From Treponemataceae bacterium (GTDB lineage Bacteria > Spirochaetota > Spirochaetia > Treponematales > Rectinemataceae): a stretch of DNA of 64,000 nucleotides. How positions within the stretch are numbered: the first letter of the stretch is position 1; each line of letters opens with the position of its first letter. Shown here piece after piece: positions 28,374 through 37,441 of the stretch. The position numbers were made by a program, and so were the translations under genes. The stretch spans positions 1,984,001-2,048,000 of the forward strand of contig CAXXVZ010000003.1 in NCBI GenBank assembly GCA_963678065.2. The letters are read 5' to 3'. Below the pieces are notes generated by a model that saw only the letters and a list, made by a program, of their open reading frames with translations, had not been told where the DNA came from and ran no database searches.

Positions 28374-29318
28374 CTATTTGTAGCTGATCCTGGGATCGAT
28401 CCAGGCGTACATGAGGTCGACGATCAGGTTTATGATGACGAACACGAAGGCGAAGAACAGGATGGTTCCCTGCACGACGGGATAATCGCGCTGGGATATC
28501 CCCGAGAGCGTGTAGAGCCCGAGCCCTGGCAGCGAGAAGATCTGCTCTGTCACGACCGTCCCCCCGAGGAGGAATCCGATCTGCATGCCGACGATGGTGA
28601 TGATGGGAAGAAGCGAATTCTTGAACGCGTGGCGGTAAATCACCGCGCGCTCGGTGCCGCCCTTGGCCCTGATAGTCCTGATGTAATCCTGTTTCAGGTT
28701 TTCCAGCATCGACGAGCGGGTCATGCGCATGACCGAGCCGGCCATGATGGCCCCCAGTACCAGGGAGGGGAAGATGAGGACCCGGAAATTGGCGACCGGA
28801 TTCTTGAGGAAATCGATGTACTCCAGGGGCGGATAATACGAGAAACCGAGAGAGAGGACGAGGAGGACCATGGTCCCGAGGGCGAAGTTCGGTATCGAAA
28901 CCCAGAACAGGCTCAAAAAGCGCGCGAGCCCGTCCACCCATGTGTTGCGTTTCACCGCCGAAACGACGCCGAGTGGGATCGCGATTATCCACGAGATGAT
29001 CGAAGAGTAGAGGGTCAGCATGAGGGTGACCCTGAAACGCCTGAGAATTTCGGGCAGAATGGGCAGTCGCGTGCGGATGGACACCCCGAAATCTCCATGC
29101 ATGACGCCGGAGATCCAGTTCCAGTACTGGACGTACCAGGGCGTATCGAGTCCGTACTGCTTCATGAGACTCGCGCGCAGTACGGGATTGCTCTCGATCC
29201 CCATCATCAGGTCGACGGCATCGCCCGGAATCATGTGCATGAGGCCGAACACCGCCAATGATATGCCGAAAAGCACGGGGATGAAGAGCAGAAGCCGTCT
29301 CAGAATATAGGTTTTCAT
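28374..29318 (-). CDS. Oligopeptide ABC permease (OppB/DppB)
   Basis: IPGDA, GDFGVS, RHAFKNS and RDYPVVQG motifs. Confidence 0.94.
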   Translation of the reverse strand: MKTYILRRLLLFIPVLFGISLAVFGLMHMIPGDAVDLMMGIESNPVLRASLMKQYGLDTPWYVQYWNWISGVMHGDFGVSIRTRLPILPEILRRFRVTLMLTLYSSIISWIIAIPLGVVSAVKRNTWVDGLARFLSLFWVSIPNFALGTMVLLVLSLGFSYYPPLEYIDFLKNPVANFRVLIFPSLVLGAIMAGSVMRMTRSSMLENLKQDYIRTIRAKGGTERAVIYRHAFKNSLLPIITIVGMQIGFLLGGTVVTEQIFSLPGLGLYTLSGISQRDYPVVQGTILFFAFVFVIINLIVDLMYAWIDPRISYK

Positions 29319-29421
29319 TCTTCGCCTTTATGGCGCAGAGCCGGAGAGACGCGAAGCGCTTCCCCGATTGTACGCCGGTGATCCATGTCTCCTGTGCCGG
29401 GTGTAAGCCCGCTGTCGCTTG

Positions 29422-29450
29422 AGGCTACCATGACTGAAAGCATCGGTCAA
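29422..29450 (-). promoter_or_regulatory. Sigma70-like promoter of the opp operon
   Basis: TTGACC-N17-TAGCCT with TG extension. Confidence 0.5.
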
Positions 29451-29587
29451 CAAATATATCACAAAATCGATTACTGATTTTTTATTTCACACCCGATGAC
29501 AGCGCAGTAGACCGTTCTGCTGTGCGTCGATACAAGTCTGGCGGAAGTCTTGGCAACGGCCGCCAAAACACTATATTGTGGCGGCAC

Positions 29588-30382
29588 ATGAAAAAGAGTG
29601 TCACCATCCCGAGAGGACAGGCCTCCGGACCCAGATCCGAACTCCTGCATGGCATGCGCGACAGCATTCCCATGCTCGTGGGCGCCGCACCCTTCGGCCT
29701 CATCTTCGGAGCTCTCGCCCCGTCCTCCGGACTCTCGGCTCAAGCCGCGCTCCTCATGTCTCTCGCGGTCTTCGCAGGATCATCGCAGTTCATCGCCCTG
29801 ACACTGATTGGTTCGGGGGCCGCGACCGTCGTCATCGTCCTCACGACCTTCGTGGTCAATCTCCGGCATGCCCTGTATTCAGCGACACTCCTGCCCCATG
29901 TGGCGCGCCTTCCGCAGCGCTGGCGCATCCCCCTCGCCTTCTGGCTCACGGACGAGACATTCGCCGTCGTGCAGGCCCGGTACGTCGCTGATGACGGATC
30001 GCCGAACAAACGCTGGTATCACCTCGGATCGTCTTTGGCCATGTACAGCAACTGGTTCCTCTGGACCTTTGCGGGCGTCCTCATCGGCCGCTCCTTCCCC
30101 GGCCTGGAAAGCCTCGGCCTCGAGTTCGCCATGGTGGCCACCTTCATCGGCATGGTCGTCCCCATGCTTTCCGAAAAACCCATGATGGCGGCCTCGCTCA
30201 CCGCCGGCCTCGTCGCCCTTGCGGCGCGCGATCTTCCCTACAAACTCGGTCTCATGCTCGCGGCTCTATCGGGCGTAGCCGCGGGAGTCGCGGCCGAAAC
30301 CCTCACAGGAGAGCGCGGCGGAAGGACGAGTTCCGGCAGCTCTTCCGCGCGCGACGAGGAGGCAGCCGATGACCGCCAATGA
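29588..30382 (+). CDS. azlC: AzlC-family branched-chain amino acid exporter
   Basis: [16 protein letters not shown] and LTDETFA motifs. Confidence 0.92.
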   Translation: MKKSVTIPRGQASGPRSELLHGMRDSIPMLVGAAPFGLIFGALAPSSGLSAQAALLMSLAVFAGSSQFIALTLIGSGAATVVIVLTTFVVNLRHALYSATLLPHVARLPQRWRIPLAFWLTDETFAVVQARYVADDGSPNKRWYHLGSSLAMYSNWFLWTFAGVLIGRSFPGLESLGLEFAMVATFIGMVVPMLSEKPMMAASLTAGLVALAARDLPYKLGLMLAALSGVAAGVAAETLTGERGGRTSSGSSSARDEEAADDRQ

Positions 30383-30695
30383 GCTCATCCTCATAGCCGG
30401 CATGACAGCGGTGACCTTCGCCATCCGCTACAGCTTCTTCGCGCTCGGGGAACGCCTCGTCTTCCCGCCCCTCGCGGAGAAAGCTCTCAAGTACGTGCCC
30501 CCCGCCGTCCTCTCCGCGATTGTCCTGCCCATGGTCTTCCTGCCGGACGGGAAAACCTGGGGCATCGACTGGCACAACGCCTGGCTCGCCGGGGCTCTCG
30601 CGAGCGGCATCATCTCGTGGCGCTTCAAAAACCTCCTCGCGGCGATCGGAGGAGGCATGTTCGTGTATGTCATATGGAAGATTTTTTTCGCCTGA
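30369..30695 (+). CDS. azlD: AzlD-family exporter small subunit
   Basis: VTFAIRY and [12 protein letters not shown] motifs; overlaps azlC. Confidence 0.9.
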   Translation: MTANELILIAGMTAVTFAIRYSFFALGERLVFPPLAEKALKYVPPAVLSAIVLPMVFLPDGKTWGIDWHNAWLAGALASGIISWRFKNLLAAIGGGMFVYVIWKIFFA

Positions 30696-30779
30696 TCGCC
30701 ATCGCCGCGGCCCATGCTACCGGCTACCGGCGTGTCGCCGGATCGCGGCCTGCCAGGGGTCAGGCCCCAGGACCGCGCC

Positions 30780-32312
30780 CTACAGCGAACAGACCCGGTT
30801 CCGCCCCTCGGCTTTGGCCCGGTAGAGCGCCTCGTCGGCCAGCCTGAGAAAATCGTCGAGCTCGTCGACCTCGTCGGGCACCTCCACGTGGAACCCGAAA
30901 CTGGCCGTCACGCCGATGCGCCCACGGGCCGTTTCCGCTCCCTGCCCGGCGATCGCATGCCGCAGGGCTTCAAATTTCACCTGCACCGCCGCTTCCGACA
31001 CATCGGCGAGAAGGAAAGCAAATTCTTCTCCGCCATACCGGCAGACGCGGTCGGCCTCCGAAAGGCCGGCGACGAAAGTCTTCGCGATCGACCTGAGCAC
31101 CTCATCGCCGGCCACATGCCCGAAGCGGTCGTTCACCCCTTTGAAGTTGTCGAGATCCGTGATCCCGACCGCGAAAGGCACACGGGCGGTTTTCGCGGCG
31201 GCAAAACGCAGCTCCGCCTCCTCAATGAAGCGCCTTCTGTTGTACAGTCCCGTGAGGGCATCGGTGTTCGCCAACTCCTCGAGCCTCGCGAAGAGTCTGT
31301 TCGATTCCGTGACATCGGCCGCTATGACAGCGCAGCCGAGCCGCCTTCCTCCCCTGTCCGAGATGGGAATGACGGAGGCGCGGTAGTAGCAGGGTGCGGG
31401 AGCGTCGACACAGAATTCCGATTTCCCGACGCCTTCCCGGATGGCCTTTGTCAGGTCCGGCCATGCGGCGAACATTTCCTTCGCCTCGAGCCCGAACGAG
31501 TCCGGCCCGATCCCGAACACGAAGCCCGCGGCCCTGTTCGCGTCGACGATCCTCCCCGTTCTCTCGACGACGATCACGGCATCCTGCATCGACTCGATGA
31601 CCTTCTCCCGCGCGAGGGGGGCTACATTGAAGAACGAATACCGGAAAATCGCGATTGAAATGAGTATTCCCGATATGGAAAAGAGGAAAGCCGCCGTTTC
31701 CAGTCCGTATGGAGAGAGCCCGAAAAGATACAGGACGCTGCCCGCTGCCGGGACCATGGCAGCCAGACACATCAGGATGGCCTGGTAGCGCAGAACACGC
31801 CTCGACCGGAACGCGAAGCGGAGAAGGACGAAGGCGCCCATCGTGTACGCCAGCCATGTGCAGAAGACATTGAGCCAGTACCAGGGCCCCCGCTCCATCG
31901 AGAGCACGGCGAATGGCTTCCCCGTGTCGATCCAGAGAGCGCGATAAAAAAGATGATGGTACTCGTTCGTGAGGACTAGGACGAGGGTCAGAATGGGGAA
32001 GGCGAAGAGCAGCGCCACGGACACGGACCGGGGCGGATGCAGACCCGCGTATTGCCAGCAGAACATGAGCCAGAAGACAGGAATGAAGACGATCCCGACA
32101 TATTCGAAAGAAATCCATGGCAGAATGCCTGCCATGTCGGTATTCCTCAACTCGAAGGAGTATCCCAGGGCATAGATCGAAGCGGACACCATGAGCGCCC
32201 CAAAACTGCGGTTGCCTGCAGTCCGTGGGCTGAAAAAGGCCAACAGCGCGATGGCAAAGCCAGTGATGGCTATAGCCAGGAGGCAATATATTGCGGCAAG
32301 TGGCTGGCTCAT
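30780..32312 (-). CDS. Diguanylate cyclase: HisKA_7TM-like, PAS and GGEEF domains
   Basis: TNEYHHLFY, DALTGLYNRR, DLDNFKGVNDRFGH and RYGGEEF motifs. Confidence 0.93.
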   Translation of the reverse strand: MSQPLAAIYCLLAIAITGFAIALLAFFSPRTAGNRSFGALMVSASIYALGYSFELRNTDMAGILPWISFEYVGIVFIPVFWLMFCWQYAGLHPPRSVSVALLFAFPILTLVLVLTNEYHHLFYRALWIDTGKPFAVLSMERGPWYWLNVFCTWLAYTMGAFVLLRFAFRSRRVLRYQAILMCLAAMVPAAGSVLYLFGLSPYGLETAAFLFSISGILISIAIFRYSFFNVAPLAREKVIESMQDAVIVVERTGRIVDANRAAGFVFGIGPDSFGLEAKEMFAAWPDLTKAIREGVGKSEFCVDAPAPCYYRASVIPISDRGGRRLGCAVIAADVTESNRLFARLEELANTDALTGLYNRRRFIEEAELRFAAAKTARVPFAVGITDLDNFKGVNDRFGHVAGDEVLRSIAKTFVAGLSEADRVCRYGGEEFAFLLADVSEAAVQVKFEALRHAIAGQGAETARGRIGVTASFGFHVEVPDEVDELDDFLRLADEALYRAKAEGRNRVCSL

Positions 32313-32491
32313 GATTATCCTCGAAACGGACTGAATATTACCGCCTTCGCACAGCCGGGCGGCAGCGCAAAGGGATGGGATAGAAGTGTATCCCTGATTC
32401 GCGGCAAGTCAAGCCATAGGGGCCGTAAGACTCCGGCGTATCCTCCAGCGCCGGAGAAGCCCCGGAGTCTCCTGAACCTCCCTTCAGTGAC

Positions 32492-32520
32492 TTGTGCACA
32501 GCAGTACCGGCTGGTACAAT
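32492..32520 (+). promoter_or_regulatory. Sigma70-like promoter immediately before aspS
   Basis: TTGTGC-N17-TACAAT, 8 nt before the ATG, no SD. Confidence 0.55.
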
Positions 32521-32528
32521 AGTCGGTC

Positions 32529-34373
32529 ATGGAATACCAGAAAAGAACAGCGACCTGCGGAGAGCTCACGGCGGCCGACGCGGGCAAAAACGTAGTGCTC
32601 AACGGATGGGTCCACCGCAAGCGCGACCACGGCGGGATATCTTTCGTCAACCTTCGCGACCGCTACGGCATCACCCAGGTCGTCGTCGACTCGGACGCCT
32701 CCGAAACCCTGAAATCGACGGCCGCCGAGCTGAAAAACGAATACTGCATCTCTTTGTCCGGCACCGTGCGCGCCCGTCCCGAGTCCATGGTCAATGCGGA
32801 TATGGCCACGGGAGGCATCGAGGTCGTGGCCTCCTCGATCCAGATACTCTCTCGCTGCGACGTACTCCCCTTCATGATCGACGAGAAGTCCGATGCCAAG
32901 GAAGACCTGAGGCTCAAGTTCCGCTATCTGGACCTCCGTTCGGCCTCCATGCAGCGCAAGATGAAGCTCCGCCACGAAGTCGCCTTCGCGGTCCGCGAGC
33001 ACCTTGCCGGAAAAGGCTTCTACGAGATCGAGACGCCGACCTTCATCCGCTCGACCCCGGAAGGCGCGCGCGACTACCTCGTCCCCTCGCGCCTGTATCC
33101 CGGCAAATTCTACGCCCTGCCCCAGTCGCCCCAGCTCTACAAGCAGATCCTCATGGTCTCGGGCATGGACAAATACTTCCAGCTCGCCCGCTGCTACCGC
33201 GACGAGGATGCGCGCGGCGACCGTCAGCCCGAGTTCACCCAGATCGACATCGAGATGTCCTTCGTCAAGCGCGACGATATTCTGGAATTAGTCGAGGGCA
33301 TGATGGGCCACGTCTTCCGCAAGACTCTTGGCGTCGAGCTGCCCGCGACCTTCCGCCGCATCGCCTACGACGACTCCATCAACCTCTACGGAACGGACAA
33401 GCCCGATCTCCGCTTCGGCATGGCGATGCAGGACTTCGCTCCCTTCGTCGAAGCCTGCACCTTCCAGGCCTTCAAGGACGCCCTCGCAGCCGGCGGAACG
33501 GTCAAGGCCCTCGTCGTGCCCGGCAAAGCCGACTACTCCCGCAAGCAGATCGAAGAGCTCGAGGCCGCCGCCAGAGTTTACAAAGCCAAAGGCATGGCCT
33601 GGATGAAAGTGGCCGCCGGAGCTGCGGGCACAGCCGGATCCACCGGCACGGCCCCCAAGCTCGAGGGAGGGGCCTCCAAGTTCTTCGAGTCCAACTCCGC
33701 CGCCGTCATCTCCGGCCTCGGCGCCAAAACGGGCGACCTCATCCTCATGGTGGCCGACGCGAAGCACAAGGTCGCCTGCGCCTCCCTCGGCGCGGTGCGC
33801 TCAAGGCTCGGCAAGGACCTCGGCCTCTGCGATCCTTCGCGTCACCCCGAGGGTTCTGCGGCCCGCTTCGAGTTCGTCTGGATCGTCGACTTTCCCATGT
33901 TCGAATGGAACGAAGACGAGAGCAAGTGGGACGCCGCCCACCACATGTTCACGATGCCTCAGGAAAAATACCACGCCACCCTCGAGTCCGATCCGGGCTC
34001 GGTCAAGGGCGACCTCTACGACCTCGTCATGAACGGCTTCGAGCTGGCCTCGGGCTCCATCCGCATCCACGACCCCGATCTGCAGAACCGCATCTTCAAG
34101 ATCGTCGGCTTCTCGGTCGAAGAGGCCCAGCGCAAGTTCGGCTTCCTCGTCGACGCGTTCAAGTACGGTCCACCGCCCCACGGCGGCATCGCGCCCGGAC
34201 TCGACCGCCTCGTCATGCTCATGGCGGGCGAAACTTCCATCAAGGAAGTCATAGCCTTCCCCAAGAACTCCTTCGCCGTCTGCCCCATGGACGAATCGCC
34301 CAACGAGGTCGACGAGAAACAGCTGAAGGAAATCCACATCCGCATCGTCCCGAAGGAAGAGAAGAAGGACTGA
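32529..34373 (+). CDS. aspS: Aspartate--tRNA ligase
   Basis: TPEGARDY, LPQSPQ, RDEDARGDRQPEFTQ, GSIRIH and PPHGG motifs. Confidence 0.98.
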   Translation: MEYQKRTATCGELTAADAGKNVVLNGWVHRKRDHGGISFVNLRDRYGITQVVVDSDASETLKSTAAELKNEYCISLSGTVRARPESMVNADMATGGIEVVASSIQILSRCDVLPFMIDEKSDAKEDLRLKFRYLDLRSASMQRKMKLRHEVAFAVREHLAGKGFYEIETPTFIRSTPEGARDYLVPSRLYPGKFYALPQSPQLYKQILMVSGMDKYFQLARCYRDEDARGDRQPEFTQIDIEMSFVKRDDILELVEGMMGHVFRKTLGVELPATFRRIAYDDSINLYGTDKPDLRFGMAMQDFAPFVEACTFQAFKDALAAGGTVKALVVPGKADYSRKQIEELEAAARVYKAKGMAWMKVAAGAAGTAGSTGTAPKLEGGASKFFESNSAAVISGLGAKTGDLILMVADAKHKVACASLGAVRSRLGKDLGLCDPSRHPEGSAARFEFVWIVDFPMFEWNEDESKWDAAHHMFTMPQEKYHATLESDPGSVKGDLYDLVMNGFELASGSIRIHDPDLQNRIFKIVGFSVEEAQRKFGFLVDAFKYGPPPHGGIAPGLDRLVMLMAGETSIKEVIAFPKNSFAVCPMDESPNEVDEKQLKEIHIRIVPKEEKKD

Positions 34374-34393
34374 TCGTCCCGATTCTCGAAAAA

Positions 34394-34434
34394 GAAAAAG
34401 GCTGCCTGGAACCCGGTTCCGGACAGCCTTTTTC
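34394..34434. terminator. Bidirectional rho-independent terminator
   Basis: GAAAAAGGCTG...CAGCCTTTTTC between convergent genes. Confidence 0.85.
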
Positions 34435-34437
34435 ATT

Positions 34438-35709
34438 TCAGGCCTGCTCCCTCACCTGCCAGCGCCCCTCGGAATACTTGAAGCGCGCCGCGGGCATGTC
34501 CAGAATCCTGCCGTCCTCGCCGGCCATCTTCACGGTGGAAGCGAGCGCGTTCACCTCGATCACCCTGAAGAGGACGCCCTCGTAGGTGAAGCGGGCGCCC
34601 TCGTTCGGAAGCTCGCGCCGGGCATCGCGGTAGAAGTTGTACTCGTAGGCCAGGCAGCAGAGCAGGCGCCCGCAGGGGCCCGAAATCTTGAGCGAGTTGA
34701 GCGAGAGGTTCTGGTCCTTCGCCATCTTGATCGAGACGGGCGTGAGTTTGTCCGACACCCCGTGACAGCAGAGCACGCGCCCGCAGACACCGCAGCCGCC
34801 CGTCACCCTGGCCTCGTCGCGCACGCCGATCTGGCGCAGCTCGATGCGCATCTTGAAATTCGACACGAGATCCTTGACGAGTTCACGGAAGTCGACGCGG
34901 GACTCGGCGCTGAAATAGAAAAGCACCTTGGGCTCTTCGAGGAGATAGTGGGCCGAGACAAGCTTCATCGCGAGGTTGCGCGAAGATATCTTCTGCCTGC
35001 AGAGTTCGAAAGCGGTGGCTTCCTTCACGAGGTTGGCCTCGTGTCGTCTGAGATCCTCGGCCGTCGCGATCCTGTCGATCTCGACGACTTCGTCCGCATT
35101 GACGACACCGAGATCCCGTATGATGCCCTGGACTTCGCAGAGATCCCTCCCGTAGCGTGTCGGCGCGACCACCATCCCGCCGGTCGGGAGTATCCCCGTC
35201 TCGAGAAAATGCCGCATTGTCGGCGTCCTGTCGGCGTCGGGCTCCGCGGCTTGTCCTGCCGCCATGGCCTGCACTCTCTGTCCATGAAGGATCTCCGCCT
35301 CCGGGATCGAACCGAGGCCCGTCTCCGTGTGCCGGTTTTCGGCTGAGTCCTCTGCTTCCGGACCGGTCAGGGCGCCGCAGGACAGATCCCCGGCCTCCTC
35401 CTCTGAGGGGGCGGCCGCTGCCGGCTCTCCTGACACGGCCACTGTCGGAGGTGCGCCGGCCTCCTCGCCCTCGATCTTCTCGCCCGGAACCGCGTTTCCC
35501 GGGACAGCTCCTCCTGCGGCTGGCTCCTCGCCGAACCACGCGAAGAATGTCTCGTTGGAATGAATCGTCCGGATCCGATACAGAGGCGAGGGCAGCTCGG
35601 ATGCCAAGCCACGCTCGCCGGGTTTGACGGAAGCATGATTCATCTCGTCTTCGAGGTGCTTCAGCTCCTCCTCGCTCATATGGAAAGAATCGTCACGAAA
35701 GTTCGCCAT
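34438..35709 (-). CDS. ricT: PSP1/RicT (YaaT) family protein with an acidic low-complexity insertion
   Basis: RVDFRELVKDL, IELRQIGVRDEA, GVCGRVLCC and KISGPCGRLLCCL motifs. Confidence 0.92.
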   Translation of the reverse strand: MANFRDDSFHMSEEELKHLEDEMNHASVKPGERGLASELPSPLYRIRTIHSNETFFAWFGEEPAAGGAVPGNAVPGEKIEGEEAGAPPTVAVSGEPAAAAPSEEEAGDLSCGALTGPEAEDSAENRHTETGLGSIPEAEILHGQRVQAMAAGQAAEPDADRTPTMRHFLETGILPTGGMVVAPTRYGRDLCEVQGIIRDLGVVNADEVVEIDRIATAEDLRRHEANLVKEATAFELCRQKISSRNLAMKLVSAHYLLEEPKVLFYFSAESRVDFRELVKDLVSNFKMRIELRQIGVRDEARVTGGCGVCGRVLCCHGVSDKLTPVSIKMAKDQNLSLNSLKISGPCGRLLCCLAYEYNFYRDARRELPNEGARFTYEGVLFRVIEVNALASTVKMAGEDGRILDMPAARFKYSEGRWQVREQA

Positions 35710-36152
35710 CAGGATTCTCCTGGAAACGGATTTCTGGATGGTTTCATGCCCGCCGGAGCCGTATCCCCGGCGGTTCTCCCCATAAATGCCGCGCGGTCGG
35801 ACAGGCTTTCGGAAGCGGTGCCGGAAACCTGCACCCTGCCTTTGAAAACCGATCCCTCCGCCGCCTCGAGTCGCGCGGCGAAAATATCTCCCCGCACCCG
35901 CCCCTCTTTTCCCGTCTCGAGGGTCCCTAGGACGTAGACACCGCCCTGGACAAAACCCCCGATCGAAGCGGACGCGGCGACGATATCGCCGTACACTGTG
36001 GCCTTGGTCCCCACTATAACAGATCCTTCGGCATGAATCGATCCGTGGACAGAGCCGTCCACGCGGACGACGCCCGAGGTTTCCACATCTCCCCGGACAA
36101 CAGTGTCGGGGCCGATGATGGTTTGCACAGGATCAATCCGCCTTCTCTTCAT
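35709..36152 (-). CDS. Bactofilin (polymer-forming cytoskeletal protein)
   Basis: TIIG..VRGD..VRVDG beta-helix repeats; GSVFKG. Confidence 0.9.
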   Translation of the reverse strand: MKRRRIDPVQTIIGPDTVVRGDVETSGVVRVDGSVHGSIHAEGSVIVGTKATVYGDIVAASASIGGFVQGGVYVLGTLETGKEGRVRGDIFAARLEAAEGSVFKGRVQVSGTASESLSDRAAFMGRTAGDTAPAGMKPSRNPFPGES

Positions 36153-36159
36153 TCCGCGC

Positions 36160-37203
36160 TCACTTTCCGCTTCCGCCGGCCGCGGAAGGGCTCCCCGAAG
36201 GCCTCTCGGAGCGGATGTTGAGAAATTTCAGAGGATCGATGACACTGGTCCCGAGGTGGACCTCGTAATGCAGGTGAGGCCCCGTCGTCTTGCCGGTATT
36301 GCCCAGAAAGGCGATCACTTGCCCCTGCTGGACCTTCTGGCCCTTGGTCACCTTGAAGGACTGGAGGTGGCCGTAGCGCGTGAAGAACCCGTGACTGTGC
36401 TGCAGGATGAGATAGTTCCCCAGCCCGGAGTCGTATCCCGACTGGATGACCTTGCCGTCGGCGCTCGCGAGCACTGAATCTCCGCTGCGGGACGTCGAAA
36501 TGTCTATGCCGTTGTGAATGTACCATTGTCCCGAAAATGGATTTTCATTCTGCCCGAAGTACATTGACACATGCCCTATTCCGCCCCTTATGGGCCATAT
36601 GTTGGGTATTTCGTTCATGATTTTCCCCTGGTTTTCCATGAGGGAAGCAATCTGCGCGAGAGGAGCGGATGCGCCGTCCAGATATCCCGAGAGCTTGTCC
36701 ATCTCCCCGATCTCGCGGAGGCCATCCCCGTCTCCGGCGTCCGAGAGCCCGACGCTGCCCATTCCGCCACTTTCCGGCATGGCGTCCGTCAGGCCGGCGG
36801 CGGCGACCGTCGTCGCCAGAACCTTCTCGAAGCGCCTCGCCGATCCGGCAAGTCGCCCGGCCTCGTCCCTCATCGCGTCGAGATTCATGCGCGCGGTCTC
36901 GAGTTCGTTCCGGGCATGCTCGAGGCGCAGGGCCGTCGCCGCATACCGCACAGAGGCAAAAACGCCGAATCCGGCAGCGCAGACCAGGAGAAGGCCGAAG
37001 AGGGCCAGCGCGGGGTAGGAAAAATGGAACCTGCGCGCAGGTTTCTCCGAATGCGGCACGATGAGTATGCTCAGCTGTTTCCTGTTTGTCGCGCGGATCG
37101 AACCGAAGAACCTGCCCACGGCATGAAAACTCGCCCCCAGTCCTCCGACGAGGCGCGCGTAGACAGACCTCTCGATGCTTTTAAGGCGCTTCAGCGTGGA
37201 CAC
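36160..37203 (-). CDS. M23 family metallopeptidase
   Basis: N-terminal TM and coiled coil; HNGID, YGHL and TGPHLHYEV motifs. Confidence 0.93.
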   Translation of the reverse strand: MSTLKRLKSIERSVYARLVGGLGASFHAVGRFFGSIRATNRKQLSILIVPHSEKPARRFHFSYPALALFGLLLVCAAGFGVFASVRYAATALRLEHARNELETARMNLDAMRDEAGRLAGSARRFEKVLATTVAAAGLTDAMPESGGMGSVGLSDAGDGDGLREIGEMDKLSGYLDGASAPLAQIASLMENQGKIMNEIPNIWPIRGGIGHVSMYFGQNENPFSGQWYIHNGIDISTSRSGDSVLASADGKVIQSGYDSGLGNYLILQHSHGFFTRYGHLQSFKVTKGQKVQQGQVIAFLGNTGKTTGPHLHYEVHLGTSVIDPLKFLNIRSERPSGSPSAAGGSGK

Positions 37204-37246
37204 CGACAGGACTCCTTGGGCGGGACAAAGCCTTTGCGAACCACGT

Positions 37247-37276
37247 AATTTAGCACTCGGAAGGAAATAATGTCAA
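37247..37276. promoter_or_regulatory. CIRCE-like element coincident with a minus-strand promoter
   Basis: TTAGCACTC-N9-TAATGTCAA; the reverse strand reads TTGACA-N18-TAAATT. Confidence 0.45.
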
Positions 37277-37361
37277 ACCAGATCCCTCCCGAGTCCTGCA
37301 GCCCAGCCCCTGCAGATCCTGCGCCGCAGTCAGTATCCTTCCGGCACGCGTCCTTCCGAGA

Positions 37362-37390
37362 TTGACTCTCCCGGATTCCTTCTCTACATT
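37362..37390 (+). promoter_or_regulatory. Sigma70-like promoter of htpG
   Basis: TTGACT-N17-TACATT. Confidence 0.55.
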
Positions 37391-37441
37391 ATATGAAAGC
37401 GAAGAACCGCGCCACACACATCTTTCGAGAGGTACACGACA

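Noticed and set aside
32313..32528. Possible T-box or other leader RNA before aspS
   Set aside because: No T-box consensus, and a promoter appears to sit directly before the ATG
32492..34585. 697-aa alternative-frame ORF over aspS
   Set aside because: Arg/Pro-rich composition typical of an off-frame read in GC-rich DNA
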